Positions 10,541 through 19,514 of a stretch of DNA of 64,000 nt are shown in pieces (positions within the stretch are counted from its first letter, which is position 1; each line of letters opens with the position of its first letter). The notes under the pieces are model-generated. The model was given only the letters and a program-made list of their open reading frames with translations, did no database searches and had not been told where the DNA came from. Location: NCBI GenBank assembly GCA_963761305.1, contig CAVXGK010000002.1, positions 1,312,001 through 1,376,000 of the forward strand. The letters are read 5' to 3'. The position numbers and the translations under genes were made by a program. The DNA is from an uncultured Gemmatimonadaceae bacterium (GTDB lineage: Bacteria; Gemmatimonadota; Gemmatimonadetes; Gemmatimonadales; Gemmatimonadaceae).

Positions 10541-11608
10541 ATGTTTGGTTTGATCGCGACAGGAATCGTCGTCGTCTTCGTCGGCTCGCTGATCGTGCGA
10601 TGCGTGAAAGTGATCGGCCAGGCCGAAGTGATGGTGATCGAGCGTTGGGGTCGCTTCGATCGCGTCGCCCGCTCCGGCCTCAACATCCTCGTGCCCGGCA
10701 TGGAAAGGCCGCGAACAATCGACGTGTCGTTCGTCGAGACCGACCCGAGCGGCAACAAGCGGATCATGGCGGGATCGACAGCGCGCATCGACCTGCGCGA
10801 ACAGGTGCTCAGTTTCCCCAGCCAGCCCGTCATCACGAAGGACAACGTCACGATCGACATCGACGCCGTGCTCTACTATCGCATCGCCGATCCGCAGAAG
10901 GCGGCGTACGCGATTCAGAACCTGCCGTTCGCGCTCGAGACGCTCACGCGCACCACGCTTCGCAACATCGTCGGCGACATCGAGCTCGATCAGACGCTCG
11001 CCAGCCGCGACATGATCAACAAGCGGATGCGCGAGGTGATCGAGGAAGCGTCGATCGGCTGGGGCGTCGACGTCACGCGCGTCGAACTCCAGGCGATCGA
11101 GCCGCCGCGCGACATCCAACAATCCATGGAACTGCAGATGCGTGCCGAGCGCGAGCGTCGCGCCGCGGTGACCAACGCCGAAGCCTCGAAGCGCGCCGCC
11201 ATTCTCGAGGCCGAGGGTGTGCAGCAGTCGCAGGTCAGTCGAGCCCAGGGCGAAATGGAAGCCGCGGTGCTGCGCGCCAAGGGCTTGGCCGAAGCGCGCC
11301 TGGCGATGGCCGCCGCCGAAGCCGAGGCCATTTCGCGCATCGCCGCGGCGTTGCCCGAGGGACAGGCCGCGATGTATCTGCTCGGCATGAAGTACCTCGA
11401 AGCGCTGCCGTTGGTCACGGCCGGCAAGGGCACGACGATCTTCCTCCCGGCCGAAGCCGCCGGCGTGATGGGCGCCCTCGGCGGCATTCGTGAACTCGTG
11501 ATGCGACAGGCGGGCGCGGCCGCCGACGCGGCGTCCGCGCCGCCTGCGCGTCCATCCGGCGCACTCGGCAGCCCGCCCGCGCTCCCACCCCGAACCGGGG
11601 GGCGTTGA
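10541..11608 (+). CDS. SPFH/band-7 (stomatin/QmcA-like) protein
   Basis: N-terminal TM; VITKDNVTIDIDAVLYY, WGVDVTRVE and QMRAERERRA motifs. Confidence 0.93.
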   Translation: MFGLIATGIVVVFVGSLIVRCVKVIGQAEVMVIERWGRFDRVARSGLNILVPGMERPRTIDVSFVETDPSGNKRIMAGSTARIDLREQVLSFPSQPVITKDNVTIDIDAVLYYRIADPQKAAYAIQNLPFALETLTRTTLRNIVGDIELDQTLASRDMINKRMREVIEEASIGWGVDVTRVELQAIEPPRDIQQSMELQMRAERERRAAVTNAEASKRAAILEAEGVQQSQVSRAQGEMEAAVLRAKGLAEARLAMAAAEAEAISRIAAALPEGQAAMYLLGMKYLEALPLVTAGKGTTIFLPAEAAGVMGALGGIRELVMRQAGAAADAASAPPARPSGALGSPPALPPRTGGR

Positions 11609-11611
11609 GCG

Positions 11612-11833
11612 TTGCTTCGTATCACGCAGGAACGCGCCGAGCGCATCGCGAAGAGCCACGCGTGCGAGAACTGTGGCGAGTACAGTTATAAGAAGCTCAA
11701 GGTGAAACCGGCGCCGCCGACCACCGGTGAGCTCGCGTCGGTCAGGTGGATCGCCAACAAGGTGTGCGGCGTCTGCGGCATGGAGGTCGAGATGGGCATC
11801 GACGCCGAGGGCGAGATTATTTACGTGTCGTAG
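11612..11833 (+). CDS. Small Cys-rich (zinc-ribbon-like) protein
   Basis: CENC...CGVC; starts 3 nt after the SPFH stop. Confidence 0.7.
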   Translation: MLRITQERAERIAKSHACENCGEYSYKKLKVKPAPPTTGELASVRWIANKVCGVCGMEVEMGIDAEGEIIYVS

Positions 11834-11867
11834 GACGGGTGGACGAGTGGACGGGTGGCGGTGGACC
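11833..11867 (+). repeat. Intergenic octamer tandem repeat (GGTGGAC[C/G] family)
   Basis: ggacgggt-ggacgagt-ggacgggt-ggcggt-ggacc. Confidence 0.75.
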
Positions 11868-11896
11868 GTGTGACGCGCGACCGCCTACGTTTCGAC

Positions 11897-12163
11897 ATGC
11901 GGTTTGCCTTTGAGCCTTCTCCAGAATCCGACGACTTCGATCTCGACAGAGACTTTCCGCTCGGCGACGGCACGGCCGACGTGGAAGGCGACGTCGCCTG
12001 TCCGTATTGCGGCGAAGCAGTCGTGATCGCGCTCGATCCGGGCAGCGGCGATCATCAGGACTACGTCGAGGACTGTCAGGTCTGCTGCCAACCGTGGCTC
12101 GTGCACGTCGAGTACGGACCGGACGGCCACGCGACTATAACGGCGAGTCCGGCGGACGACTGA
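11897..12163 (+). CDS. CPXCG-motif cysteine-rich protein
   Basis: CPYCGE...QDYVEDCQVCCQP. Confidence 0.88.
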   Translation: MRFAFEPSPESDDFDLDRDFPLGDGTADVEGDVACPYCGEAVVIALDPGSGDHQDYVEDCQVCCQPWLVHVEYGPDGHATITASPADD

Positions 12164-12180
12164 TCGTCCGCCGGCTCGCC

Positions 12181-12220
12181 TTCCACCGTCTACCGGTCCA
12201 GCGGTCCAGCGGTCCACCCG
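12181..12220 (-). repeat. Intergenic octamer tandem repeat (GTCCA[C/G]CG on the + strand)
   Basis: accggtccagcggtccagcggtccaccc. Confidence 0.75.
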
Positions 12221-12224
12221 CCTC

Positions 12225-13616
12225 TTAGAAGCCGACCGTCCCGGTGATCATGAAGCCTTTGAACTGACCGCCGTACCGGATGTCCGTCGTCGGGAAGTCC
12301 AGGTACTTCTGGTTCACCCACTCCAGCTTCCCGAGCACGTTCGGCGTCACGAACCACCCGCCGCCAATCTCGTAGCGGTCGACCTTCTGATCCGTGTAGG
12401 TGTTCGAGATCATCTCGCCGGTCAGCGTGTTGTACCGGCCGCCGAGATAGAAGCGATCGCCCGCCAACCGATAGAGCGCCTCGTACACGTTCTGGTGCAC
12501 CGTGCGCATCCGTAGCTCGGTGAACGCTCCACCAGTGGCCGTCTCGAAGTTTCCGAAGAACTCGGCGCCGCCGATCTTGAGGAACGGATTCAGGACTTCG
12601 GCGTTGACCTTGTTCGAGAAGCCCGGGTGCACTTCGCCCGACCACGCGTTGGCCGTTTCCGTCGAGGCCGTGTTCTCGAGCACGTCGTAGAACGGCGAGC
12701 CGCCGCGGTCACCCGTGTACAGCGTGTTGCTCGCCGACTTGTTGTTCGCGTAGAACGAGCCGGTCAGGCGGAACCGAAGCTCATCGCCCAGCCTCTCGTC
12801 GAAGCCGAGCTTGCCGATGGTGCTCAGCGAGCGGGACTGCGGCGCGGTCACCTGGCCGTGCACCTCGCCGCCCGTCGCGCCGAGCATCGCGATCAGCCCT
12901 TCGGAGCGCGCATAGACCTCGGCGCCGATCTCGGTCGTGAACGCATCGAGGATGTAATTGCCGACGAACGGATTGAACATCGCGTTGCCGTTGTCGCTGC
13001 GGCGGAAGTGCGCGTCGCCGTAGTTGATCTCGTAGTCCCCGACTCGCATCGTGACGTATTTCATCACGCTCTTGAGGAGCGCGTTGTCGATCGGTGACTC
13101 GTCCATCAGGATGTAGCCGTCCTTGACCCACGACTCCTGGTGGTGCCGCGCCGAGAGATAGGACGTCATTGCCACGCGGATGCCCGGGGCGAGCTGGGCG
13201 TTCAGGTTGAGGTTGGCGACCGCGTTGTTGAAGCCGTGGCCGATCGTGATCAACTGATTCGAGTTTACGCCGTTGACGAGGACAGGTGCGGCGCCGTTCG
13301 CGTGCGCGAGGCCTTGGAACTCCTGTGTGAACGCGCCGCCGATCGAGAGGGCGAAGCCCGTGAACGGAACTTCGTCGTCCTTCGGCGACTCGAACACGTT
13401 CAATCCGCGCATGTCGGCTGGACGAATGTGGTTGATCTCCTTCAGTCGAAAGAGACTGACCGGCTGTGCCGTCGCTTTCTTGGCGGAGTCGTTCGCTTTT
13501 GCGGTGCTCGCGGTCGAATCCTTGGTACTGCCGTTTGCCGGTTGCTGCGCGGCGCCATTTCCAGCGATCGCCGCGAGCACGAGGGCCGCGAGGCCCAGCA
13601 TCGTCTTGGATTTCAT
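12225..13616 (-). CDS. Putative outer-membrane beta-barrel protein
   Basis: GAGGAAGG RBS before MKSKTML; signal peptide; amphipathic beta strands; C-terminal Phe (TGTVGF). Confidence 0.8.
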   Translation of the reverse strand: MKSKTMLGLAALVLAAIAGNGAAQQPANGSTKDSTASTAKANDSAKKATAQPVSLFRLKEINHIRPADMRGLNVFESPKDDEVPFTGFALSIGGAFTQEFQGLAHANGAAPVLVNGVNSNQLITIGHGFNNAVANLNLNAQLAPGIRVAMTSYLSARHHQESWVKDGYILMDESPIDNALLKSVMKYVTMRVGDYEINYGDAHFRRSDNGNAMFNPFVGNYILDAFTTEIGAEVYARSEGLIAMLGATGGEVHGQVTAPQSRSLSTIGKLGFDERLGDELRFRLTGSFYANNKSASNTLYTGDRGGSPFYDVLENTASTETANAWSGEVHPGFSNKVNAEVLNPFLKIGGAEFFGNFETATGGAFTELRMRTVHQNVYEALYRLAGDRFYLGGRYNTLTGEMISNTYTDQKVDRYEIGGGWFVTPNVLGKLEWVNQKYLDFPTTDIRYGGQFKGFMITGTVGF

Positions 13617-13767
13617 AGAGCCTTCCTCGGGTCGGGGTAGCAGGTCGAGCGCGCGAATCAGAGAACGCGAATCGTTGTCGTTCGAACCTGGATCGAATCT
13701 GTCACTCAGGGTTCCCCGCATCCGTCCGGGAACAAGGCATCTCGCGTAGTGAGTTGGTTGTTTCTTT

Positions 13768-13784
13768 GTGGGGGATTCCCCGAC
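13768..13784. promoter_or_regulatory. 17-bp palindromic operator candidate upstream of the OM protein gene
   Basis: GTGGGGGATTCCCCGAC; related copies at 15268, 15290, 19435 and 20315. Confidence 0.65.
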
Positions 13785-13814
13785 GGACGGACTGTGCCTT
13801 CCCATCTCATCCCA

Positions 13815-13845
13815 TCCACGGTCCACCGGTCCACCGGTCCACCGG
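13815..13845 (-). repeat. Intergenic octamer tandem repeat
   Basis: tccacg-gtccaccg-gtccaccg-gtccaccgg. Confidence 0.8.
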
Positions 13846-13914
13846 CCGATTCGGGAGCATGCGACGGCCGCGCCGACCGTCGCGAACCGCCGCACGTCCC
13901 GAAACCGGGCCGCC

Positions 13915-15183
13915 CTAGGCGGCGAACGTCAACAGCGTTTGGCCGGCGCCGTGGGCGATCCGAATCGCCAGGTCCCTTCCCCGCTCGTCTTGCAGAATCT
14001 CCACGTCGGTGACGCCGCCGATGCCGCGCGTCAGGTGTGGCGCTCCCCAGCCGACCTCGCCGAACATCAGCGCGATGCGCTGGTCATGGGCGTCGTACGT
14101 GGCGCCCCGGAGCGGATAGTCGAACTCCTGCGCCTGCGCGCCGATCTCCGGGTCATCCACCTCGAGCGTCCCGCGGCGGCCGCCGTTCCGGCGCGTGAAT
14201 GCGTCCAACTGCGCCGTCCAATCCGCGTGCGGCAGCGTTCGGACGACCGGCGGCTCGACCTGGGTTCGGACTTTCGTCATCGCCGCCGCACGCGGAACGG
14301 TCAACACGCTACATGTCGAGCAGCGCACGAGACGCGTCGCGACGCTGCCAATCAGCATTCGGGCCACGAACCCGTGCCCGTGACTGCCGGTCGCGATCAA
14401 GTCGGCGTTGACACTCGCCGCGAAGGCCAGCAGCTCGGTCGTCGGGTCGCCCTGCAACAGGACGTTCTGAACCGTCATTCCCTCCGGAACGCGCAACTGA
14501 TCCCGCGTCTTCTGGAGCGCGTCCCCAACGCCGTGCTTGTACGTCGCCCCCCACCCTCCCCAGTCGTAGAACGAGCTGTCGCGCGGAGCGACGTGGGCCA
14601 GGTAGATGGTCGCGCCACTGGCCGCGAGTTCGAGCGCGAGTCGTGCCGCACGGAGGCTCGTCTCGCTGAAATCGACCGCCACGACGATTCGCCTCGGCGC
14701 CTGCATCAGCCCGGGCGCCGTGGCGAGCACCGGCACGTCGGCTGCGCGAACGAGCCGCAGCGCGGTTTCGTCGCCGAAGACGCGATCGGTCACGCGGTGG
14801 CGTCCCAGCCCCGCGACGATCATGGTCGCTCCCGCGTCGTGCGCGATTCGCGCCACCACCGTCGCCGGATCGCCGTCGTACAGCTCGACGTCGCACGCTT
14901 CATCCCACATCCGGCATGCCTGATTCGCCGCGTCCCGTTTGGCCTCGTCGTGCCGCGCATTCTCGATGTCGATCGGCACCGGGAACGTCACGTCGGGCAC
15001 GATCGGTACGGGCTGGAGCACCGACACAAGCCGCATCGCGTCTGACCCACCGGCCAACAGCCGGCCGACCATCAACGCGGCATCCGATTGCCGCCGGCCG
15101 TCGGTTGCAATGATCACCGGTGCCGTCGCGCTGGCGCGCACACCGACCTGCGGCACCATCGCTGGAATCTTGAGCGAATCCAT
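13915..15183 (-). CDS. Universal stress protein (two USP domains) with an extra C-terminal domain resembling DUF5335
   Basis: IIATDG, IVVAVDFS and ATGSHGHG..RMLIGSVATRLVR motifs; C-terminal WTAQLDAFTRRN...LRGATYD region. Confidence 0.88.
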   Translation of the reverse strand: MDSLKIPAMVPQVGVRASATAPVIIATDGRRQSDAALMVGRLLAGGSDAMRLVSVLQPVPIVPDVTFPVPIDIENARHDEAKRDAANQACRMWDEACDVELYDGDPATVVARIAHDAGATMIVAGLGRHRVTDRVFGDETALRLVRAADVPVLATAPGLMQAPRRIVVAVDFSETSLRAARLALELAASGATIYLAHVAPRDSSFYDWGGWGATYKHGVGDALQKTRDQLRVPEGMTVQNVLLQGDPTTELLAFAASVNADLIATGSHGHGFVARMLIGSVATRLVRCSTCSVLTVPRAAAMTKVRTQVEPPVVRTLPHADWTAQLDAFTRRNGGRRGTLEVDDPEIGAQAQEFDYPLRGATYDAHDQRIALMFGEVGWGAPHLTRGIGGVTDVEILQDERGRDLAIRIAHGAGQTLLTFAA

Positions 15184-15267
15184 ATTCCCTCCTCGATCGT
15201 CCCGCCCGACGGGCGTTCGCCGTCGCGGCTCGTGGAGGAATGGTGGCGCATCGCCCGCCGGCCAACC

Positions 15268-15306
15268 GTCGGCGAAACCCCAGAATCTGGTCGGGGATTC
15301 TACGGA
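15268..15306. promoter_or_regulatory. Two tandem operator candidates upstream of the USP gene
   Basis: GTCGGCGAAACCCCAGA (15268) and GTCGGGGATTCTACGGA (15290), 22 bp apart. Confidence 0.55.
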
Positions 15307-15339
15307 AACTGGTGAGGCCGTGCTCGCCGAACCGTGATT

Positions 15340-15786
15340 CTATGGCGCCGCCGCCCGTCCGCTGATCTCGTCGGCGTAAATGCGGAACACCACCCGGCGC
15401 TGCGGCGTCTTGTCGCCGGACGTCAGCATGTCCGCCTGGGCGCTGCGAAGGATCTGAACCGCGGCCTCGTAGTCGGCGCGGTCCGCGTCTCGATCCGCGT
15501 CGAGGAAATAGATCGTGCCGTGCACCACGACGCTCCGCCACTCGAACCGGCTGCGCACTTCGTCGACCTCGAACGCCACCCACGGATGATGCTGGACCGT
15601 GGCGAGCTTGTGTCCCGGCGACGTCCGCGCGTAGAGCCACCCGTCGGCGAACACGTATGAAATGGGCTCGATATCCACCCGGTCGTGGAAGGTGAATGCG
15701 AGACGGCCGACGTGATTTCGCTTCAGCAGATCGAGGGCCTCGGCGGGCGAGAGGTCGAAGAACGTCGGCGGTTTGTGCGTCGTCAT
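15340..15786 (-). CDS. Pyridoxamine 5'-phosphate oxidase-like (FMN-binding) protein
   Basis: VGRLAF, PISY and VAFEVDEV...WRSVVVHG motifs; ATG 15786 overlaps the kinase stop. Confidence 0.88.
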   Translation of the reverse strand: MTTHKPPTFFDLSPAEALDLLKRNHVGRLAFTFHDRVDIEPISYVFADGWLYARTSPGHKLATVQHHPWVAFEVDEVRSRFEWRSVVVHGTIYFLDADRDADRADYEAAVQILRSAQADMLTSGDKTPQRRVVFRIYADEISGRAAAP

Positions 15787-17474
15787 GGTTGCTCCCGCCG
15801 GCTGCCCCGCCGCTCGGCTTGCGGTATGGTGAATGTGAACTCGCTTCCTTCGCCGGGAACGCTGTGGACGCGGATCCGTCCGCCGTGGGCTTCGACGATT
15901 CCCTTGGCAATCGACAGGCCGAGTCCAGCGCCGCGCTCGCGTGCGCCAACGGACGACTGCCAATAGCGCTCGAACACTCGCGCCTGCTGCTCGGCCGGAA
16001 TGCCCCTGCCGGTGTCCGCGACGGAGAATTGCACGTCTCGCTCGCGTCGTTCCACGCCGATCACGATGCGCCCGCCGCGCGGCGTGAACTTCATTGCGTT
16101 GCGCAGAAGGTTGCTCAACACCTGGACGACGCGCGCTCGATCCGCGCCGACGAGCGGGATGTCGGTCGGGAGCCGCGTTTCGAGCGCGATGCCCTGCTCC
16201 TTGGCCTCGACCTCGAACATGTGCAGCGTCTGCAACACGAGCTGCGACGGTTCCTCGGAACGCAGATCCAGCGAGAGCTTTCCACGCTCGATGGTCGACA
16301 CGTCGAGCAAGTCCTCGATCAACCGGTTCATCCACTGCGTGGACTGTTGGATCGTCTCGAGCAGCTCGCGCTTGGCGCCCTCGTCCCCCGGCGGGTCTTC
16401 GTCGAGGACGCGCGCGCACATCGCGATCGCGCTGAGCGGATTGCGGAGGTCGTGCGCGACGACGCCCAGCATCTCGTCGCGCGCACGATTGGCCTGGCGC
16501 GCCGCGTCGTACAACTGCGCCTTTTGTAGCGCCGCCGCCGCGATCGCGGCGAATTTCTCGCCCAGCGCGCGCTGCTGCGCATCGAACGGGCCGGCGTCTC
16601 CCGCGCGAATGAGCGTCAGAGCGCCACGCGTATCGCCGGCGTTGACCGGGAGAACCAGAATCGATCGTGCGCCGATCGCCTGCCAGTCCGGAGCGGTTTC
16701 GGGGTCGGCGCTGCTTTCGAGCCACTCGTCGTCGATCACCTCGACCAGTTCGGGGCGTCCGCGGCGGATCACGTCAACGATCGGCGATGGCGAGTCGGGC
16801 GTCAGGCGGTGTTGCGCCAGCGCCTCGACCGCGGGCGACAGCTCGGTTCGCTGGCGAGTGCTCGCAACCCGTCGAAATGCGCCCGGCGAGCCGGCGAGGT
16901 CGAGCAGAGCCGCGTCCGCCAGGCGCGGAATCGGCAGGTCGACGATGGCGTGCTCGGTCGCGTCGACGGCCACAGTGTTCGACAATTCCGCCGCAGCGCC
17001 GCTGAGAAATCGTTCGTCCTCGTCGGCACGCCGCTGGACGGTCGTATCGCGCATCACGACGGTGAACAAGAGTCCGTCCGGCGTGACGAGCTTGGAGATC
17101 GACGCTTCGGCGGGAAACTCGGTGCCGTCGGCGCGGAGCCCAAAGATTTCGCGACGCTCTCCCATGCGCCGGGCGGTGACCGACGAACGCGCGAACGCTT
17201 CGATATGCGAGTCGTGAATCGCTCGAAACCGCGGCGGAAGCAGGATCGCGAGATGCCGTCCGACGGCGTCGCTCGCCTTGTACCCGAACATCCCTTCCGC
17301 GCCGTCGTTGAAATGAACGATGCGCTGGCCCTGGTCGATCGTGATGATCGCGTCGGCGGCGATGGCGAGAATGCCGGAGAACTTGGCTTCGGAGGCACGA
17401 AGCTCGGCCTCGATTTTCCCGTGCTCGCGCAGTCGCGACCTGACGAATACTTGCTGTGCAACGAGAAGCGCCAC
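15783..17474 (-). CDS. PAS-GAF sensor histidine kinase with a FixL-like PAS domain
   Basis: PAS LLPPRFRAIHDSH...GLRADGTEFP; HDLRNPL, NAMKF and GAGLGL boxes. The true start may lie up to 12 codons upstream. Confidence 0.9.
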   Translation of the reverse strand: MALLVAQQVFVRSRLREHGKIEAELRASEAKFSGILAIAADAIITIDQGQRIVHFNDGAEGMFGYKASDAVGRHLAILLPPRFRAIHDSHIEAFARSSVTARRMGERREIFGLRADGTEFPAEASISKLVTPDGLLFTVVMRDTTVQRRADEDERFLSGAAAELSNTVAVDATEHAIVDLPIPRLADAALLDLAGSPGAFRRVASTRQRTELSPAVEALAQHRLTPDSPSPIVDVIRRGRPELVEVIDDEWLESSADPETAPDWQAIGARSILVLPVNAGDTRGALTLIRAGDAGPFDAQQRALGEKFAAIAAAALQKAQLYDAARQANRARDEMLGVVAHDLRNPLSAIAMCARVLDEDPPGDEGAKRELLETIQQSTQWMNRLIEDLLDVSTIERGKLSLDLRSEEPSQLVLQTLHMFEVEAKEQGIALETRLPTDIPLVGADRARVVQVLSNLLRNAMKFTPRGGRIVIGVERRERDVQFSVADTGRGIPAEQQARVFERYWQSSVGARERGAGLGLSIAKGIVEAHGGRIRVHSVPGEGSEFTFTIPQAERRGSRREQP

Positions 17475-17510
17475 CGCAACGCCGGCGGCCAGCCAGGGAA
17501 TCAGCAGATC

Positions 17511-18173
17511 TCAAGTCTCCGAAAGGAGCCCCAACCGGAGTGCGAGCTGGACATAGTCGGAGCGATGCGCCAGTCCGAGCTTTTCCTGAATCCGTTGCTT
17601 GTACGTGTCGACGGTCTTGGGACTGATGAACAGCTTCTCACCGATTTCCGGCGCCGAGTAGCCTTGCGCGATGTATCGTAACACGGACTGCTCGCGGTCG
17701 GTGAGCTTTTCGAAACGGTCACGCTCCGCGGCGGCGGGATCCTTCTTCGTCAGGTTCTTCGCCAGGACGCGCGCCGCACCGGGCCCAACGTACACGTCGC
17801 CGTGGGCCACCGCACGCACTGCATCAACCAGCTCGCGGTCGGCCGCGCTCTTCACCAGGTACCCGGCGGCGCCCGCTTCCATCAACGGCACGAGGTAGTC
17901 CTCCTCGGCGTGCATCGTGAGCACGAGAACCCGTGCGACGAGACCCTTCGACACGATCTCCTTCGTCGCCGCGACGCCGTCGGTGTCCGGCATGTCGAGA
18001 TCCATCACGACGACGTCCGGCTTGAAGCGCTCAACCATCGTGATGGCTTCACGGCCGTTCTTCGCCTCGCCGATCACCTCGATGTCTTTTGCTGCCCCGA
18101 GGACGGCACGCAAGCCCGCGCGCACCACCACGTGATCGTCGGCGAGAACTACCCGAATGAGATCGCCCGTCAT
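17511..18173 (-). CDS. NarL/NreC-like response regulator (REC plus LuxR HTH)
   Basis: LADDH, VVMDL, YLVK and LTDRE...ISPKTVDTY motifs. Confidence 0.95.
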   Translation of the reverse strand: MTGDLIRVVLADDHVVVRAGLRAVLGAAKDIEVIGEAKNGREAITMVERFKPDVVVMDLDMPDTDGVAATKEIVSKGLVARVLVLTMHAEEDYLVPLMEAGAAGYLVKSAADRELVDAVRAVAHGDVYVGPGAARVLAKNLTKKDPAAAERDRFEKLTDREQSVLRYIAQGYSAPEIGEKLFISPKTVDTYKQRIQEKLGLAHRSDYVQLALRLGLLSET

Positions 18174-18180
18174 TGCTCCT

Positions 18181-19350
18181 CTACAATTGAACGAGTTGGG
18201 AAGCCAGGTCCAGGGGCACGGTCGCCGAGATGGTGGTGCCGCTCCCTTTCGCGGTGTTCACGTCGAGTCGCCCGTCCAGCAGATCGACCCGTTCGCGCAT
18301 CGATGTAAGGCCGATGCCCGAACGCTGTTGATCGGCCTCGACCAGGTCAAAGCCGATTCCATCATCGTGCACGCGGAGCGTCGCCTCGCCGTCATCCTGA
18401 CGCACGATGACACGGACGTGCCTCGCCGATGCGTGCGTGGTCGCGTTGCGGACGGCTTCCTGGGCTACACGGTACAGGGTGCCCTCGACGTCGCGTGGAA
18501 GGCGCTCCGGGCCGCCGGTGAAATGTACGTCGACATCGACGCCGTTCCCGGTGGACGAATCGCGGGCGAGCTTGCGAAGCGCCGCCTCGAGTCCGAGGTC
18601 GTCGAGCACGCCCGGATGCAGCGCGTGCGACAGCGCGCGCGCCTCGTGCAGCGTCTCCTCCACGGCATCCCGCGCGTCGCGCAGTCGTTCGGCAATGAAC
18701 GGATCGGTGGTGTCTCTTGCCGCCACGGACAGCTGCAGGAGCACGGCCGCGAGATGCTGCGCCACGGAATCGTGGAGCTCCCGCGCCAACGCCGCCCGCT
18801 CGCGATCGCCGGCGGCGATGACCTGCGCGGCGAGCACGCGCATCCTGGCGCGATCCGCCGCGAGTCCGTCCAGCAGGAGGTTGAACATCGATCCCACGCG
18901 CAGCACTTCTCGGTCGGCGATGCTCGAGCGCTCGACGCGGGCGCCGTAGTCGCCGTCCCACAGCCGCGCGGCAGCGGTCTCCAAGTCGCGGATCGGCCGC
19001 AGCGCGATGAACACCAGCGCCAAGTGGACGCCAATCACTGCGGCCAGGGCCAGAATCACCGCGGCGTTGATCGGCCCGCCGGCGACGAGCCACATCATCG
19101 TCAATACCGCGACGACGAGGAGGTTGGCTCCGACGAGTTTTGCGGCGAGCGGCGCTCTCAGCGCGGCGAGACGGATACCTCGCCGCGCGTCGAGCGATTT
19201 CACGCTTGAACCACCAGCGCCGTCACCATGTCGAACATTCCGTGTTCCGGCCGCGACCCTGGCCACAAGAGCCGCGATTCCTCCCTGGCGCAGGAACCCC
19301 CGGCGAGGAGTGTGGTGGTCGATCAGCTCGAGGAAACCTTTGTCGGGCAT
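18181..19350 (-). CDS. Membrane sensor histidine kinase (HAMP plus HisKA_3)
   Basis: Two TM helices; ARELHDSVAQ, QEAVRNA, DDGIGF and GIGL motifs. Start uncertain. Confidence 0.9.
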   Translation of the reverse strand: MPDKGFLELIDHHTPRRGFLRQGGIAALVARVAAGTRNVRHGDGAGGSSVKSLDARRGIRLAALRAPLAAKLVGANLLVVAVLTMMWLVAGGPINAAVILALAAVIGVHLALVFIALRPIRDLETAAARLWDGDYGARVERSSIADREVLRVGSMFNLLLDGLAADRARMRVLAAQVIAAGDRERAALARELHDSVAQHLAAVLLQLSVAARDTTDPFIAERLRDARDAVEETLHEARALSHALHPGVLDDLGLEAALRKLARDSSTGNGVDVDVHFTGGPERLPRDVEGTLYRVAQEAVRNATTHASARHVRVIVRQDDGEATLRVHDDGIGFDLVEADQQRSGIGLTSMRERVDLLDGRLDVNTAKGSGTTISATVPLDLASQLVQL

Positions 19351-19434
19351 TGGGTCGACTCGTCGGACGGTAGAGGTGCACGCGAATGTCGCGTGTCGAG
19401 CGCGTGGGCTCTGTCAGCGAGAACTGGAATTTCT

Positions 19435-19451
19435 GAGAGGGAATCCCCTAC
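19435..19451. promoter_or_regulatory. Operator candidate upstream of the HisKA_3 kinase
   Basis: GAGAGGGAATCCCCTAC. Confidence 0.6.
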
Positions 19452-19459
19452 ACGAAAAG

Positions 19460-19489
19460 GAGGGACGCATTCGTCGAGCTGCGTCCCTC
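19460..19489 (-). terminator. Intrinsic terminator downstream of the YceI gene
   Basis: GAGGGACGCA...TGCGTCCCTC stem followed by CTTTTC on the minus strand. Confidence 0.75.
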
Positions 19490-19514
19490 TCTGTTCGCGG
19501 GTGCGACTGGCGAC

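Noticed and set aside
19260..19350. Tat signal (RRGFL) on the HisKA_3 kinase
   Set aside because: The start codon is uncertain and a two-TM kinase would not need Tat export; probably chance.
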